NCBI GenBank assembly: GCA_025999335.1
Contig: AP024681.1
Span: 395,547 to 459,546 of the forward strand
Length of the DNA: 64,000 nucleotides
Source of the DNA: Candidatus Parcubacteria bacterium
GTDB taxonomy: Bacteria > Patescibacteriota > Minisyncoccia > UBA6257 > HR35
Reading direction: 5' to 3'
Part shown: one piece after another, positions 8,562-17,904 of the stretch
Layout of the letters: each line of letters begins with the position of its first letter
Position numbering within the stretch: position 1 is the first letter of the stretch
Program-made: the position numbers and the translations under genes
The notes under the pieces: generated by a model
Told to the model about the DNA's origin: nothing
The model's database searches: none
What the model saw: the letters and a program-made list of their open reading frames with translations, nothing else

Positions 8562-10637
8562 ATGACCTTAGATGATCTTAACAAACCTTTAGAAGAATTA
8601 CATCTTAAAAAAGATTTGCTAGATAAATTAAAGCTAAAGAAAATTACTACAATTAAAGATATTTTATATTATTTTCCTTATAAATATTTAGACTTAACGA
8701 AGATAAAAAAAATCAAAGATTTAACAATTAGCGATGAAAAAATAACTTTGGTTGGCAAGCTTAGCAATATAAAAGCTTTTTCAGCGCGTTATAGAAAATT
8801 GTTTATTATTTCAGCAACCTTATCCGATGCGACTGGAGCAATTAAAGTAATGTGGTATAATCAGCCATTTCTTCTAAAACATTTTAAAAATCAACCTTAT
8901 GTATTGGTTTACGGTAAGTTAAGTTTTTCTAAAAATATGTTAATTATGCAGTCTCCTAAAGTAAAGATATTAGGCAAAGAAAAATTTTTTAGACTAAATA
9001 TTATTCCTATCTATTCAGAGTTTAAAGGCGTAAAGAGTCGCACTATTGCTAATATTATTGATAAAATTTTTCAACAATTTGCTATTGATAAAATTGATGA
9101 AACCTTGCCGCCGCTAATTTTAAAAAAACTTGCTTATCCAACTTTAGGTGAAGCTTTATTAACCTTGCATAAACCAAAAACTTTAAAAAATATACATCAA
9201 GCGCAACAGCGTATTTCTTTTGAAGAGATTTTGTATTTAGAATTAGCGTCTTTATTAAATAAATCAACGCTGAGCAAAAATAAAGCTCCTCTTATTAACA
9301 AAGATGAACAATTAATTCAATCTTTTTTGCAGTCATTAAATTTATCGTTAACTCAAGGGCAAAAAAAGGTTCTCGATGATATTTTTCAAGATTTACAAAA
9401 AGGAAAGCCAATGAATCGCTTGCTACAAGGAGAAACTGGTTCAGGTAAAACTTTAATTGCGGAAATTGTTAGTTTAAATATAGTTACTTACGGTTATCAA
9501 GTAATTTTAATGGCGCCAACGGAAATTTTAGCACAGCAACATTTTGAAAGACTTAAAAACGATTTTAAAAATTTTAATTTTGGTTTAGGTTTGATTACTT
9601 CAGGGCAGATTTTTTATGCTGTTAAAGGCTTTAAGGCAAAGAAGAAAATGTTAGATATTAATCGTTATTTAAGTCTCGGTGATATTAAAATTTTGGTTGG
9701 CACACATTCTTTGATTAAAAATAATTTATCTTTTAATAACATAGGTTTAATAATAATCGATGAACAACAGCGTTTTGGCGTTGAACAACGTCAGGAACTT
9801 TTAAGCAAAAGCAAACAAAATTTTGTGCCTCATTTTTTATCAATGACAGCAACTCCAATTCCGCGCACTTTGGCTTTAGCTTTATACAGCGATTTGGATT
9901 TGTCTTATCTTAAAGAGAAACCGCCGGGATTTAAACAAATCAAAACTTACATTGTTTATCCGAATAAAAAAAATATTATGTGGAATTTTATTAACAAAGA
10001 ATTAAACGAAAATCATCAGATATTTATAGTTTGTCCTCGCGTTGAAGATAAAGAAGATGAAATTGCTTCGGTAAAAAAAGAATATGAAAATATAAGAAAT
10101 CTTTTTCCTAAAGCCAATGTAGCTTTTTTGCACGGTAAGATGAAACCCGAAGAAAAAGAAAAAATTTTGAAATTAATGCAAGCTAACAAGATTAATATTT
10201 TAGTAAGTTCGTCGGTTATAGAGGTTGGTATTGATTTGCCTTTGGTAACAGTTATTGTTATTCTTTCGCCAGAGAGATTTGGTTTAGCGCAACTGTATCA
10301 ATTAAGAGGTCGTGTTGGCAGAAGCATTCATCAAGGTTATTGTTTTTTAGCTGTTAGTAATTTATCTGATAAATCGAAAAAACGATTGCAATTATTTTTG
10401 CGATCTGATTCAGCTTTAAAACTTGCTGAATATGATTTACGTTTAAGGGGTCCGGGAGAACTTTTAGGTATTAAACAGTCAGGTTTATCTGATCTTGCAA
10501 TGCGCGCTCTTGCCGATATTAATTTGCTTAAAAAAGCTAAAATTGTTGCTCGTTATATTTTTAATCATCAAGCTAATAAAAATTTTGCTTATTTATTAAA
10601 AAAGGCATCATCTTATTTGGATTTTTTAAAAGCTTGA
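8562..10637 (+). CDS. recG: ATP-dependent DNA helicase RecG
   Basis: 691 aa. N-terminal wedge/OB region, Walker A LQGETGSGKT, DEQQRFGV (RecG DEQHRFGV), and helicase C-terminal motifs. Confidence 0.85.
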   Translation: MTLDDLNKPLEELHLKKDLLDKLKLKKITTIKDILYYFPYKYLDLTKIKKIKDLTISDEKITLVGKLSNIKAFSARYRKLFIISATLSDATGAIKVMWYNQPFLLKHFKNQPYVLVYGKLSFSKNMLIMQSPKVKILGKEKFFRLNIIPIYSEFKGVKSRTIANIIDKIFQQFAIDKIDETLPPLILKKLAYPTLGEALLTLHKPKTLKNIHQAQQRISFEEILYLELASLLNKSTLSKNKAPLINKDEQLIQSFLQSLNLSLTQGQKKVLDDIFQDLQKGKPMNRLLQGETGSGKTLIAEIVSLNIVTYGYQVILMAPTEILAQQHFERLKNDFKNFNFGLGLITSGQIFYAVKGFKAKKKMLDINRYLSLGDIKILVGTHSLIKNNLSFNNIGLIIIDEQQRFGVEQRQELLSKSKQNFVPHFLSMTATPIPRTLALALYSDLDLSYLKEKPPGFKQIKTYIVYPNKKNIMWNFINKELNENHQIFIVCPRVEDKEDEIASVKKEYENIRNLFPKANVAFLHGKMKPEEKEKILKLMQANKINILVSSSVIEVGIDLPLVTVIVILSPERFGLAQLYQLRGRVGRSIHQGYCFLAVSNLSDKSKKRLQLFLRSDSALKLAEYDLRLRGPGELLGIKQSGLSDLAMRALADINLLKKAKIVARYIFNHQANKNFAYLLKKASSYLDFLKA

Positions 10638-10768
10638 TTTTTAAATCGCTTTTTATTTAACCTAATATAATTTTTATTTATAATTTTAATTAGTTATATT
10701 ACTATATAATATTAGATATGGCTTTAAAATTAATATTTACTAATACACTTTTTATCCACAAAATAAAC

Positions 10769-10798
10769 TTGACATTTATATAAAAAAATGTGTATAAT
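10769..10798 (+). promoter_or_regulatory. sigma70-like promoter upstream of the secreted peptidoglycan-binding protein gene
   Basis: TTGACA at 10769-10774, 18-nt spacer, TATAAT at 10793-10798. Confidence 0.4.
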
Positions 10799-10905
10799 TT
10801 ATGTATGAAAATTAATATTTTTAAAGGTCTTAATTAATATTGTAAATAGCGTTAATTAAAAATTTTTTAGTTGGTTTAATGACCAACTAGCAATTAATTA
10901 AAAAA

Positions 10906-12831
10906 ATGGAATACGGTAAAAAAGTTTTTGTCGGCATTATACTTTCATCTTTGTTTATATTTTTGGTCGTTCCTTCATTTGCCGTTAAAGCACAGACTTC
11001 AGTTTCTTGCGACCCTGATGCTTTAAAACCTGCTAGCAAAGGTCAACGCGGTGCTAATGTTAAAAATTTGCAAGCTTGCTTAATTGAAGCTGGTTATGAC
11101 ATTCCCGCAGGTCCTACAGGATACTACGGTCCACAAACAGTAAGTGCAGTTTTGGAGTTCTACAAAGACAATGATATGCAAGACGGTATTAACCTTAAGG
11201 GTAATAGAATTGGTCCTAAGGGCATTGCTGCTTTAAAGGACGCTTTATCACAGGTTAGCGAAGAACCTAGCGAAGAACCTGGTGAAGAGCCTTCTACAAC
11301 AACTCCATCAACTGGAAGTCAACAACAACAACCATCAGTTGATCAAATTGTAGCTGCTGTAATTGCTGCTTTAAGAGCTCAAGGCTTATTACAACAACAG
11401 CCTACATCTACTGGTGTTACAGGGACAACTGGCGAAGAAGGTATTTTAACAGTGGACACCAATCCAACGCCAGCGTCTGGTCAGCAATTTAGAGAAGGAG
11501 AAACTCTTACTTGGTTAGGTGTAAGATTTAGAGCTCAAGATTCTGACATTAGAGTTAAAAGCTTTAAAGTTACTTGGCCATCTACAAACAATGTTGCTCC
11601 TCAAAGAGTTGTTGTAAAATTTGAAATCGTTGATGAACAAGGCAATGTTCTTAAAACAATTCCAGCTTCAGACTTTACTCAGGAAATATCCGGAAATCTT
11701 GACAGCTACTATTATGTAACTGGTTTAGATTATGTTGTGCCTAAAAATACTTACAAAGCTTTATACATAAAAGCATATGCTGTTTCTACATTCCCAAGTG
11801 GCTTACCAACTTCCTTTAATCTTCAGGTAAGCGAAGTAAGAGGTAGAGATAATGCTGGAATCGATAGATTCCCAGCAGGAACAGCTTCCAGAACTGTTAC
11901 ACCTCAATCAACCGTTGCTACTTCGGCACGATTTGATGTTTCTAAATCAGTTTCTTCTCCAGTAGAAAACAATGTTGTTGGTGATTATGTAACTGGAAGA
12001 GCAAACAATGTAAGACTTTTAGATGTTGAACTTTTAGCTAGAAATGATAGAGTTAGATTAATGCAATTAGTAGTTAATATTTCTGGTAGCGCTACTGCTT
12101 CTGTTGTATACCTTAAAGATGACGCTGGTAATACTATTGATTCAGCAGCGCCATCAGGAGGTACTGCAACCTTTACCAATGTTTTGGGTCAAAATATTTG
12201 GGTTGAAAGAGATCAAACTAAAAAACTTTCAATTTATGCTGACTTTACTGGCGTAACTACATCAGAAGTAACATCAACAGTTTCTGTTGCTTCTTTACAA
12301 AGACAAAACAGCTTAGGTGATACTGGTTCTCAGTCAGTTTCTGGAGTTAGCGGAGATCTAATGCATATCTTCACCGAAGCTCCAGTCTTTGCTAAAGGTT
12401 CAACTTTCGATGTAAGTATTACTAGAGATCAAAATAATTCAACCACAACCGCAAATGCTACTTTATATGTTAATGTTACAGCCAGAGGTTCAAATATTAA
12501 AATAAGTTCAACATCAGTCTTCACTCTTGCTTGGGAAAGAAATAATACTACAACAGTTGTAACTACTTCTGTTGCCGCAACTGAAGTTAAAGATCAAAGC
12601 GGTAATACTGTTGCTCAAGATACTAATGGTTATTACAATATTCCAGTTAATCAAACCTATACTTTTGTTCTCCAGAATCAACAAATCTTTACTGGAGCTC
12701 CAAGAGTTAGGGTAAAGGTTAATGGTATAACCTGGAGAAACTCTGCTAACAGTGATATTACTTCAGGTTCCTCAAGCTCAGCAACTGAGACTTGGGTTGG
12801 AAGAGATCTTAAGACTAATTGGAGCAACTAA
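10906..12831 (+). CDS. secreted protein with an N-terminal peptidoglycan-binding (PG_binding_1-like) domain and a long Ser/Thr-rich beta-rich region
   Basis: Signal peptide VFVGIILSSLFIFLVVPSFAVKA. Then ...GQRGANVKNLQACLIEAGYDIPAGPTGYYGPQTVSAVLEFYKDN... fits the PG_binding_1 consensus. Remainder is low-complexity T/S/V-rich. Confidence 0.5.
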   Translation: MEYGKKVFVGIILSSLFIFLVVPSFAVKAQTSVSCDPDALKPASKGQRGANVKNLQACLIEAGYDIPAGPTGYYGPQTVSAVLEFYKDNDMQDGINLKGNRIGPKGIAALKDALSQVSEEPSEEPGEEPSTTTPSTGSQQQQPSVDQIVAAVIAALRAQGLLQQQPTSTGVTGTTGEEGILTVDTNPTPASGQQFREGETLTWLGVRFRAQDSDIRVKSFKVTWPSTNNVAPQRVVVKFEIVDEQGNVLKTIPASDFTQEISGNLDSYYYVTGLDYVVPKNTYKALYIKAYAVSTFPSGLPTSFNLQVSEVRGRDNAGIDRFPAGTASRTVTPQSTVATSARFDVSKSVSSPVENNVVGDYVTGRANNVRLLDVELLARNDRVRLMQLVVNISGSATASVVYLKDDAGNTIDSAAPSGGTATFTNVLGQNIWVERDQTKKLSIYADFTGVTTSEVTSTVSVASLQRQNSLGDTGSQSVSGVSGDLMHIFTEAPVFAKGSTFDVSITRDQNNSTTTANATLYVNVTARGSNIKISSTSVFTLAWERNNTTTVVTTSVAATEVKDQSGNTVAQDTNGYYNIPVNQTYTFVLQNQQIFTGAPRVRVKVNGITWRNSANSDITSGSSSSATETWVGRDLKTNWSN

Positions 12832-12854
12832 AATAAAAACCTAAAAGGTTGAAA

Positions 12855-12885
12855 AAGCCCGGGCGTTACCCGGGCTTTTTCTTTT
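12855..12885 (+). terminator. rho-independent terminator
   Basis: AGCCCGGG cgtta CCCGGGCT followed by TTTTTCTTTTT. Confidence 0.75.
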
Positions 12886-12957
12886 TGAATATTTTTTTAT
12901 ATCGATAAAAGTTTTAAAATACAAAATAACTCCGCTGTTTTTTATGTTAAAATTTTA

Positions 12958-14052
12958 TTGATGAGGATAGTTAAGATTTTAAGTTTAGTTTTTTTATTTA
13001 CAATATTATTTTTTAATGCTTTTGCTCAAAGATTGATTAAAAATAAATTCATCGATACTATTATTGTCAGCAAAAATGATCCAGTAATTAGTTCGGAAAC
13101 AGTCACTTTTTCTTTTCAAGGGATTGATAAATCTAATAAATCTAAATCTTTTCGTTTTCAAACTGTTTTATTGCCGATAGAAAAAAAATGGCAAAATTAT
13201 GATTTAAGTACAAAAACTTATTCTTTGCCCAAAGGTTTAGCAACTTATATCTTTAAAGTTAGAGCTATTAACGATAAAAATAGATATGATCCAACGCCGG
13301 CTTTTTTTGTATTTACAAATTATATTTCTAATTTTTATAAAGATATTAGGATTAATATTTCTAATGATGGTTTTAGTCTTGTTTTAGAAAATAAAAGTAC
13401 TAGTAGTATTAATATTACGGGTTGGCATCTGGTTAGCTCTAATATTAATCTTTACATTCCTAAAATGGTTAAAAATTTACTTCCTGACTATTATAATATT
13501 ACCCCAGAGGATGTTGTTTTAGAGCCAGGCGGAAAATTAATCATCAAGGCTGTTTATAATAATGCTGCTTCTTTACCTTTAAATATAAATCAAAATGATA
13601 TTAAATTAGCTCCTTTAAATTTTAATTTTTTAGTTAATAAATGTTTGGGTTATTTACATCCCGATTATGCTAATTTATATTGCGATAAATTTACCGCTAC
13701 TAAAGATGAATTATTGACTTTAGTGCAAACAGGTAGAATAAGCCGTCAGTGCGCATTAATTTTAGAAAATCCTGATTGTCGTGGTAGAGAAACTATTAAA
13801 AAAGTTTTAGAAATTAATGATTATTATTGTAAAACATTAGTTTTTGATTGGTATAATTACCGTTCTTGTTATGCTCGCAATCAAGATAAGACAGATTTTT
13901 ATTTAAAAGATTGGCATATGTTTATTGATCCGCGTTCGTCTCAAGAAATTTCTGCAAGGAAACCGCTTAAAAGATTATTTCAGGATCGTTACGAAGCAAT
14001 TTTACTTTATGATAGCAATAATTTATTAGTAGATAAATATTCAATTTACTAA
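12958..14052 (+). CDS. hypothetical secreted protein with a Cys-rich C-terminal half
   Basis: 364-aa ORF. N-terminal hydrophobic signal ILSLVFLFTILFFNAFA. Several Cys pairs in the C-terminal third. No family recognised. Confidence 0.35.
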   Translation: MMRIVKILSLVFLFTILFFNAFAQRLIKNKFIDTIIVSKNDPVISSETVTFSFQGIDKSNKSKSFRFQTVLLPIEKKWQNYDLSTKTYSLPKGLATYIFKVRAINDKNRYDPTPAFFVFTNYISNFYKDIRINISNDGFSLVLENKSTSSINITGWHLVSSNINLYIPKMVKNLLPDYYNITPEDVVLEPGGKLIIKAVYNNAASLPLNINQNDIKLAPLNFNFLVNKCLGYLHPDYANLYCDKFTATKDELLTLVQTGRISRQCALILENPDCRGRETIKKVLEINDYYCKTLVFDWYNYRSCYARNQDKTDFYLKDWHMFIDPRSSQEISARKPLKRLFQDRYEAILLYDSNNLLVDKYSIY

Positions 14053-14054
14053 AT

Positions 14055-14936
14055 TTATTTTTTTATCCTTCGTCTACCATGAAAAGCTTGATGAATATTT
14101 TTTAGTTCTTTATTAGTAATATGAGTGTAAATTTGTGTTGTTTGTATGTTTTTATGACCTAAAAGCATTTGAATTGCCCTTAAATCAGCGCCAGCAGTTA
14201 AAAGATCGGTTGCAAATTGATGTCTTAAGGTATGAGGAGTTATTTTTTTATATAAGCCGCTTTTTTTAGCATAATATTTAATTATTTTCTCAATACTTCG
14301 TGGTTTTAATCTTTGCCCTTTTGAATTTTTAGCCAGACTGATAAATAAAGCTGGTTCATCATCATTACGTTTGCTTAAATATTGTTTAATATAATAAATG
14401 GCTATTGGCGAAAGAAAAGCAATTCGTAATTTATTTCCTTTACCTCTGACAGTTATTTCTCCTTTGTCAATATTTATGTCTTTATTTAAAGAACACAGCT
14501 CGCTGACTCTAAGTCCAGTGCTAAATAAAGTTTCCATAATAGCTCTATCGCGTAAAGATTTTATACTATTGCCACTGGCAGCATTTAATAGAGTTTCTAG
14601 TTCTTTGTCATTTAAAATCCCAATTTCTCTTTCTGGTAATTTTGGTAGTTCAATTTTTGCTGGATCGTAAATGTTAATATTTTTTTTGCGTAAATATTTT
14701 AAAAAGTTTCTAATAGCTATTAAATAATAAGATTGAGTTTTGAGGCTGAGATTTTTTTTATTAAGAAAATATCTAAAATTATAAATGGTTTCATCATTAA
14801 TTTTACTGCCATTATCTTTAAGCCAATTCAAGAAAAATTTTAATTTTCTTAAGTATTCAATAATCGTCCCCTTAGCTCGTCCTTTTTCGATGGTTAAATA
14901 ATTTTCATATTTTTCTAAATATTTTTCAAGATTCAT
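14055..14936 (-). CDS. xerD: tyrosine site-specific recombinase, XerC/XerD type
   Basis: C-terminal catalytic region ...ITPHTLRHQFATDLLTAGADLRAIQMLLGHKNIQTTQIYTHI... Start placed at internal Met (MNLEKYLEKYENYL...), giving a Xer-like SAM-like N-domain. The ORF-track start at 15032 would overlap rpsO. Confidence 0.75.
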   Translation of the reverse strand: MNLEKYLEKYENYLTIEKGRAKGTIIEYLRKLKFFLNWLKDNGSKINDETIYNFRYFLNKKNLSLKTQSYYLIAIRNFLKYLRKKNINIYDPAKIELPKLPEREIGILNDKELETLLNAASGNSIKSLRDRAIMETLFSTGLRVSELCSLNKDINIDKGEITVRGKGNKLRIAFLSPIAIYYIKQYLSKRNDDEPALFISLAKNSKGQRLKPRSIEKIIKYYAKKSGLYKKITPHTLRHQFATDLLTAGADLRAIQMLLGHKNIQTTQIYTHITNKELKNIHQAFHGRRRIKK

Positions 14937-15025
14937 ATTATTAATTATTATACGATTATTAATATTATTATAATCTTCGGTTTTGTTAATTTGAAATTTT
15001 ATCTTTTTTGTGGTAAAATAAAGTA

Positions 15026-15292
15026 ATGGCAAGGATTTTTAAAGATAAAATTCAAAATATTATTACTAAGTTTGGTAAAGATAACAATGATACCGGCAGT
15101 CCTGAAGTTCAAATTGCTTTGTTGACAGAAGAAATTTTAAATTTAAATAAACATTTGCAAAGCAATAAAGGAGATAAAAATTCTAAAAGAGGATTGATTT
15201 TAAAAATAGCTCGCCGTAAAAAGCTTTTAAGATATTTAAAAGTTACATCTTATTCTCGTTACCGCAAGGTTGTTAAAGAATTACGCTTATGA
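15026..15292 (+). CDS. rpsO: 30S ribosomal protein S15
   Basis: 88 aa, ...SPEVQIALLTEEILNLNKHLQ...LLRYLK...YRKVVKELRL, typical S15. Confidence 0.9.
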   Translation: MARIFKDKIQNIITKFGKDNNDTGSPEVQIALLTEEILNLNKHLQSNKGDKNSKRGLILKIARRKKLLRYLKVTSYSRYRKVVKELRL

Positions 15293-15792
15293 ATCCTTTT
15301 ATTAAATCGTGGCAAAGGCTTAATATCTTCATTGACACTCAGAACGTTTATCATTCAGCGAGAAATCTTTATGATGCAAAAGTTGATTTTGGTAAGTTAG
15401 TTAATCTTTTAACCAGTGGCAGGAATTTAATTAATGCTTTTGCTTATGTTGTGCAATCAGAATTAACACAACGAGAATTGGATTTTTTTGAAGCTTTGAT
15501 TAAAAATGGTATAAGATTGCGCGCTAAAGAATTATTAGTTTATCCTGATGGCACTAAAAAAGCTGATTGGGATGTAGGCATTGCCGTTGATGTTGTAAAA
15601 TTTAGCGAATTGGTTGATGTTGTTGTTTTGGTTACGGGTGATGGTGATTTTTTGCCGTTAGTAGAGTATTTGCAAAATAAAGGTAAACAAGTTGAGATTG
15701 CTGGTTTTGCGGCAACAACATCGATTAAACTAAAAGAAGCCGCTGATTTTTATTATGATTTAGGCGAGTTTAAAAAAATGATTTTAATTTAA
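15289..15792 (+). CDS. NYN-domain (LabA-like, PIN-related) predicted ribonuclease
   Basis: 167 aa. ...RLNIFIDTQNVYHSARN... and ...VVLVTGDGDFLPLVEYL... are the conserved Asp-containing NYN motifs. ATGA overlap with the rpsO stop. Confidence 0.6.
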   Translation: MNPFIKSWQRLNIFIDTQNVYHSARNLYDAKVDFGKLVNLLTSGRNLINAFAYVVQSELTQRELDFFEALIKNGIRLRAKELLVYPDGTKKADWDVGIAVDVVKFSELVDVVVLVTGDGDFLPLVEYLQNKGKQVEIAGFAATTSIKLKEAADFYYDLGEFKKMILI

Positions 15793-15801
15793 TTTTTTGC
15801 T

Positions 15802-17904
15802 ATGAATAAGACAAAAGAATATATTTACCATAGTAAGGATTATGACTTAGAAATATGTTTTCAGTTAAATGATTGGGCGTCACGATCAATGGTTTCATTA
15901 TTAACCAAAAGTAAAGATACTGTTATTTTAACTGTCATTAATTTAGGCGAACAATTGCCGGAATCTGATTTTTTACCATTGACCGTTGATTATGAAGAAA
16001 AATTTTATGCTGGAGGCAAAATATTCGGTAGTCGTTTTTTAAGAAGGGAAGGTAAGCCAAGTATTAATTCCATTTTAAACGCTCGTTTGATTGATAGAAG
16101 TATTAGACCGGCTTTTCCGCAAATATTTAAAACAAAAATACATATAACTAACACTTTGCTTTCTTACGATCCTCAATCTGAACCTGATTTATTAGCTTTG
16201 CTGGGAACTTCTTTTGGTTTAGCTTCTTTAAATTTACCTTTTAATATTATCGCTGGTTGGAAATTATATTTTTACAATAATCAATGGTCATTGGTTAATC
16301 CTAATTCAAGTTTGAATAATAATTTAGTTAGTGAGTTATTTGTTTCTGGAACTAAAAATAAGATAAATATGATTGAATTTGAAGGCTTGGAATTATCTAA
16401 CGATGAGGTTATTCAAGGTTGTGATTTAGCCTTTAAGGAAATAAAAAAAATCATAAATTTTATAGAAAGTATTTTCCCGTCAAGTTCTCTTGAAAATATT
16501 GGTAGTAATGAAAAATTAAAATTAGCCGAATCTTTATTTGATGAATTTTGCGCAAAGTATAATATTGATTTACAAAAAAGTCTTTTTTCTAATATTGAAG
16601 GCGATAAAAGTTTAGATGAAATTTTTGTTCATTTAGAAAATGAAGAAATTGAAGCATCAATGAAAGGGTATGTTTTTCAAATATTACAAAAAAAATTGAA
16701 AGAAATTTTTCAAAAAGGGGTTTTAGTTTCTAAAATACGTCCCGATGGAAGAAAGTTAGATGAAATTAGAAAAATAGATTTAAAATTAGGAATTTTGCCA
16801 CGAGTTCATGGTTCAGCTTTATTTCAAAGAGGTTTAACTCATATTCTTTCGACTGTTACTTTAGGTTCCCCGGGGGAGGAATTAGTATTAAAAGAATTAG
16901 AATACGAAGGAGCTAAACATTTTATGCATCATTATAATTTTCCACCTTATTCTACTGGTGAGTTAGGTAGTAATATGAGTCGTAGTCCTTCACGTCGCGA
17001 GATAGGGCATGGAGAGTTAGCTGAAAAAGCGATAAAAAGACTAATACCCAGTCAAGAAGATTTTCCTTATACTATTAGAGTAGTTTCAGAAGTTTTATCG
17101 TCAAATGGTTCAACTTCTATGGGATCAGTTTGTGCTTCCTCATTAGCTTTATTCGATGCCGGCGTGCCTTTGTTAAAACATATTGCTGGTATTAGCATCG
17201 GTATTGCCTATGAAAACGATAACAATTATGCTTTGTTGACAGACATTCAAGGACCGGAGGATTTCTTTGGTGGTATGGATTTTAAGGTTGCAGGTACAGA
17301 TAAGGGTATAACAGCTATTCAATTAGATGTTAAGATAGAAGGATTAAATTTATCGCAAATAAAAGAATCATTGCTTGCTGCTGAGAAGGCAAGGAAAAAT
17401 ATTTTATCATTAATGACTAAGGGTATTCCTCGTTATCGACGATCTTTGAGTCCTTTCGCACCTAAAATAGAATCATTAAAAATTGATCCTTCAAAAATTG
17501 GTTTAGTAATAGGTAGTGGCGGTAAAACAATTAATGAAATTATTACTTCGACAAACACTAAAATAGATATCTATCCTACGGGAACTATTTATATTACCGG
17601 AGAGAAGTTAGAAGACATTGAATTAGCGAAAAATTGGATTAAAATTATTTCAAATTCATTAATTAATGGCGAAGTTGTTACCGGCAAGGTTGTAAAAATT
17701 TTACCCTTTGGTGCCGTCTTAGAATTAGCTCCTCAAAAAACAGCTCTTTTGCATATTTCGGAAATCTCTGATAAAAGAATTGACAAAGTTGAAGATAAGG
17801 TAAAGTTAGGAGATAATATAAAAGTTACCATTAAAGAAGTGAATGATGATGGCAAAATATATGTTTCTTTAAAAAATGTCCGAAGAGCCACAAAAGAAAA
17901 TTGA
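15802..17904 (+). CDS. pnp: polynucleotide phosphorylase (PNPase)
   Basis: 700 aa. Two RNase PH-like cores, then KH (…GLVIGSGGKTINEI…) and S1 (…GEVVTGKVVKILPFGAVLEL…) domains. Confidence 0.9.
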   Translation: MNKTKEYIYHSKDYDLEICFQLNDWASRSMVSLLTKSKDTVILTVINLGEQLPESDFLPLTVDYEEKFYAGGKIFGSRFLRREGKPSINSILNARLIDRSIRPAFPQIFKTKIHITNTLLSYDPQSEPDLLALLGTSFGLASLNLPFNIIAGWKLYFYNNQWSLVNPNSSLNNNLVSELFVSGTKNKINMIEFEGLELSNDEVIQGCDLAFKEIKKIINFIESIFPSSSLENIGSNEKLKLAESLFDEFCAKYNIDLQKSLFSNIEGDKSLDEIFVHLENEEIEASMKGYVFQILQKKLKEIFQKGVLVSKIRPDGRKLDEIRKIDLKLGILPRVHGSALFQRGLTHILSTVTLGSPGEELVLKELEYEGAKHFMHHYNFPPYSTGELGSNMSRSPSRREIGHGELAEKAIKRLIPSQEDFPYTIRVVSEVLSSNGSTSMGSVCASSLALFDAGVPLLKHIAGISIGIAYENDNNYALLTDIQGPEDFFGGMDFKVAGTDKGITAIQLDVKIEGLNLSQIKESLLAAEKARKNILSLMTKGIPRYRRSLSPFAPKIESLKIDPSKIGLVIGSGGKTINEIITSTNTKIDIYPTGTIYITGEKLEDIELAKNWIKIISNSLINGEVVTGKVVKILPFGAVLELAPQKTALLHISEISDKRIDKVEDKVKLGDNIKVTIKEVNDDGKIYVSLKNVRRATKEN

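Noticed and set aside
14055-15032. XerD-like integrase as marker of an integrated mobile element covering 10.9-14.0 kb
   Set aside because: There is no adjacent tRNA, no flanking repeats seen, and no other phage or plasmid genes. The protein has the canonical XerC/D domain layout, so it is most likely the housekeeping chromosome-dimer resolvase. The ORF-track N-terminal 32 aa are likely a start-site over-extension.
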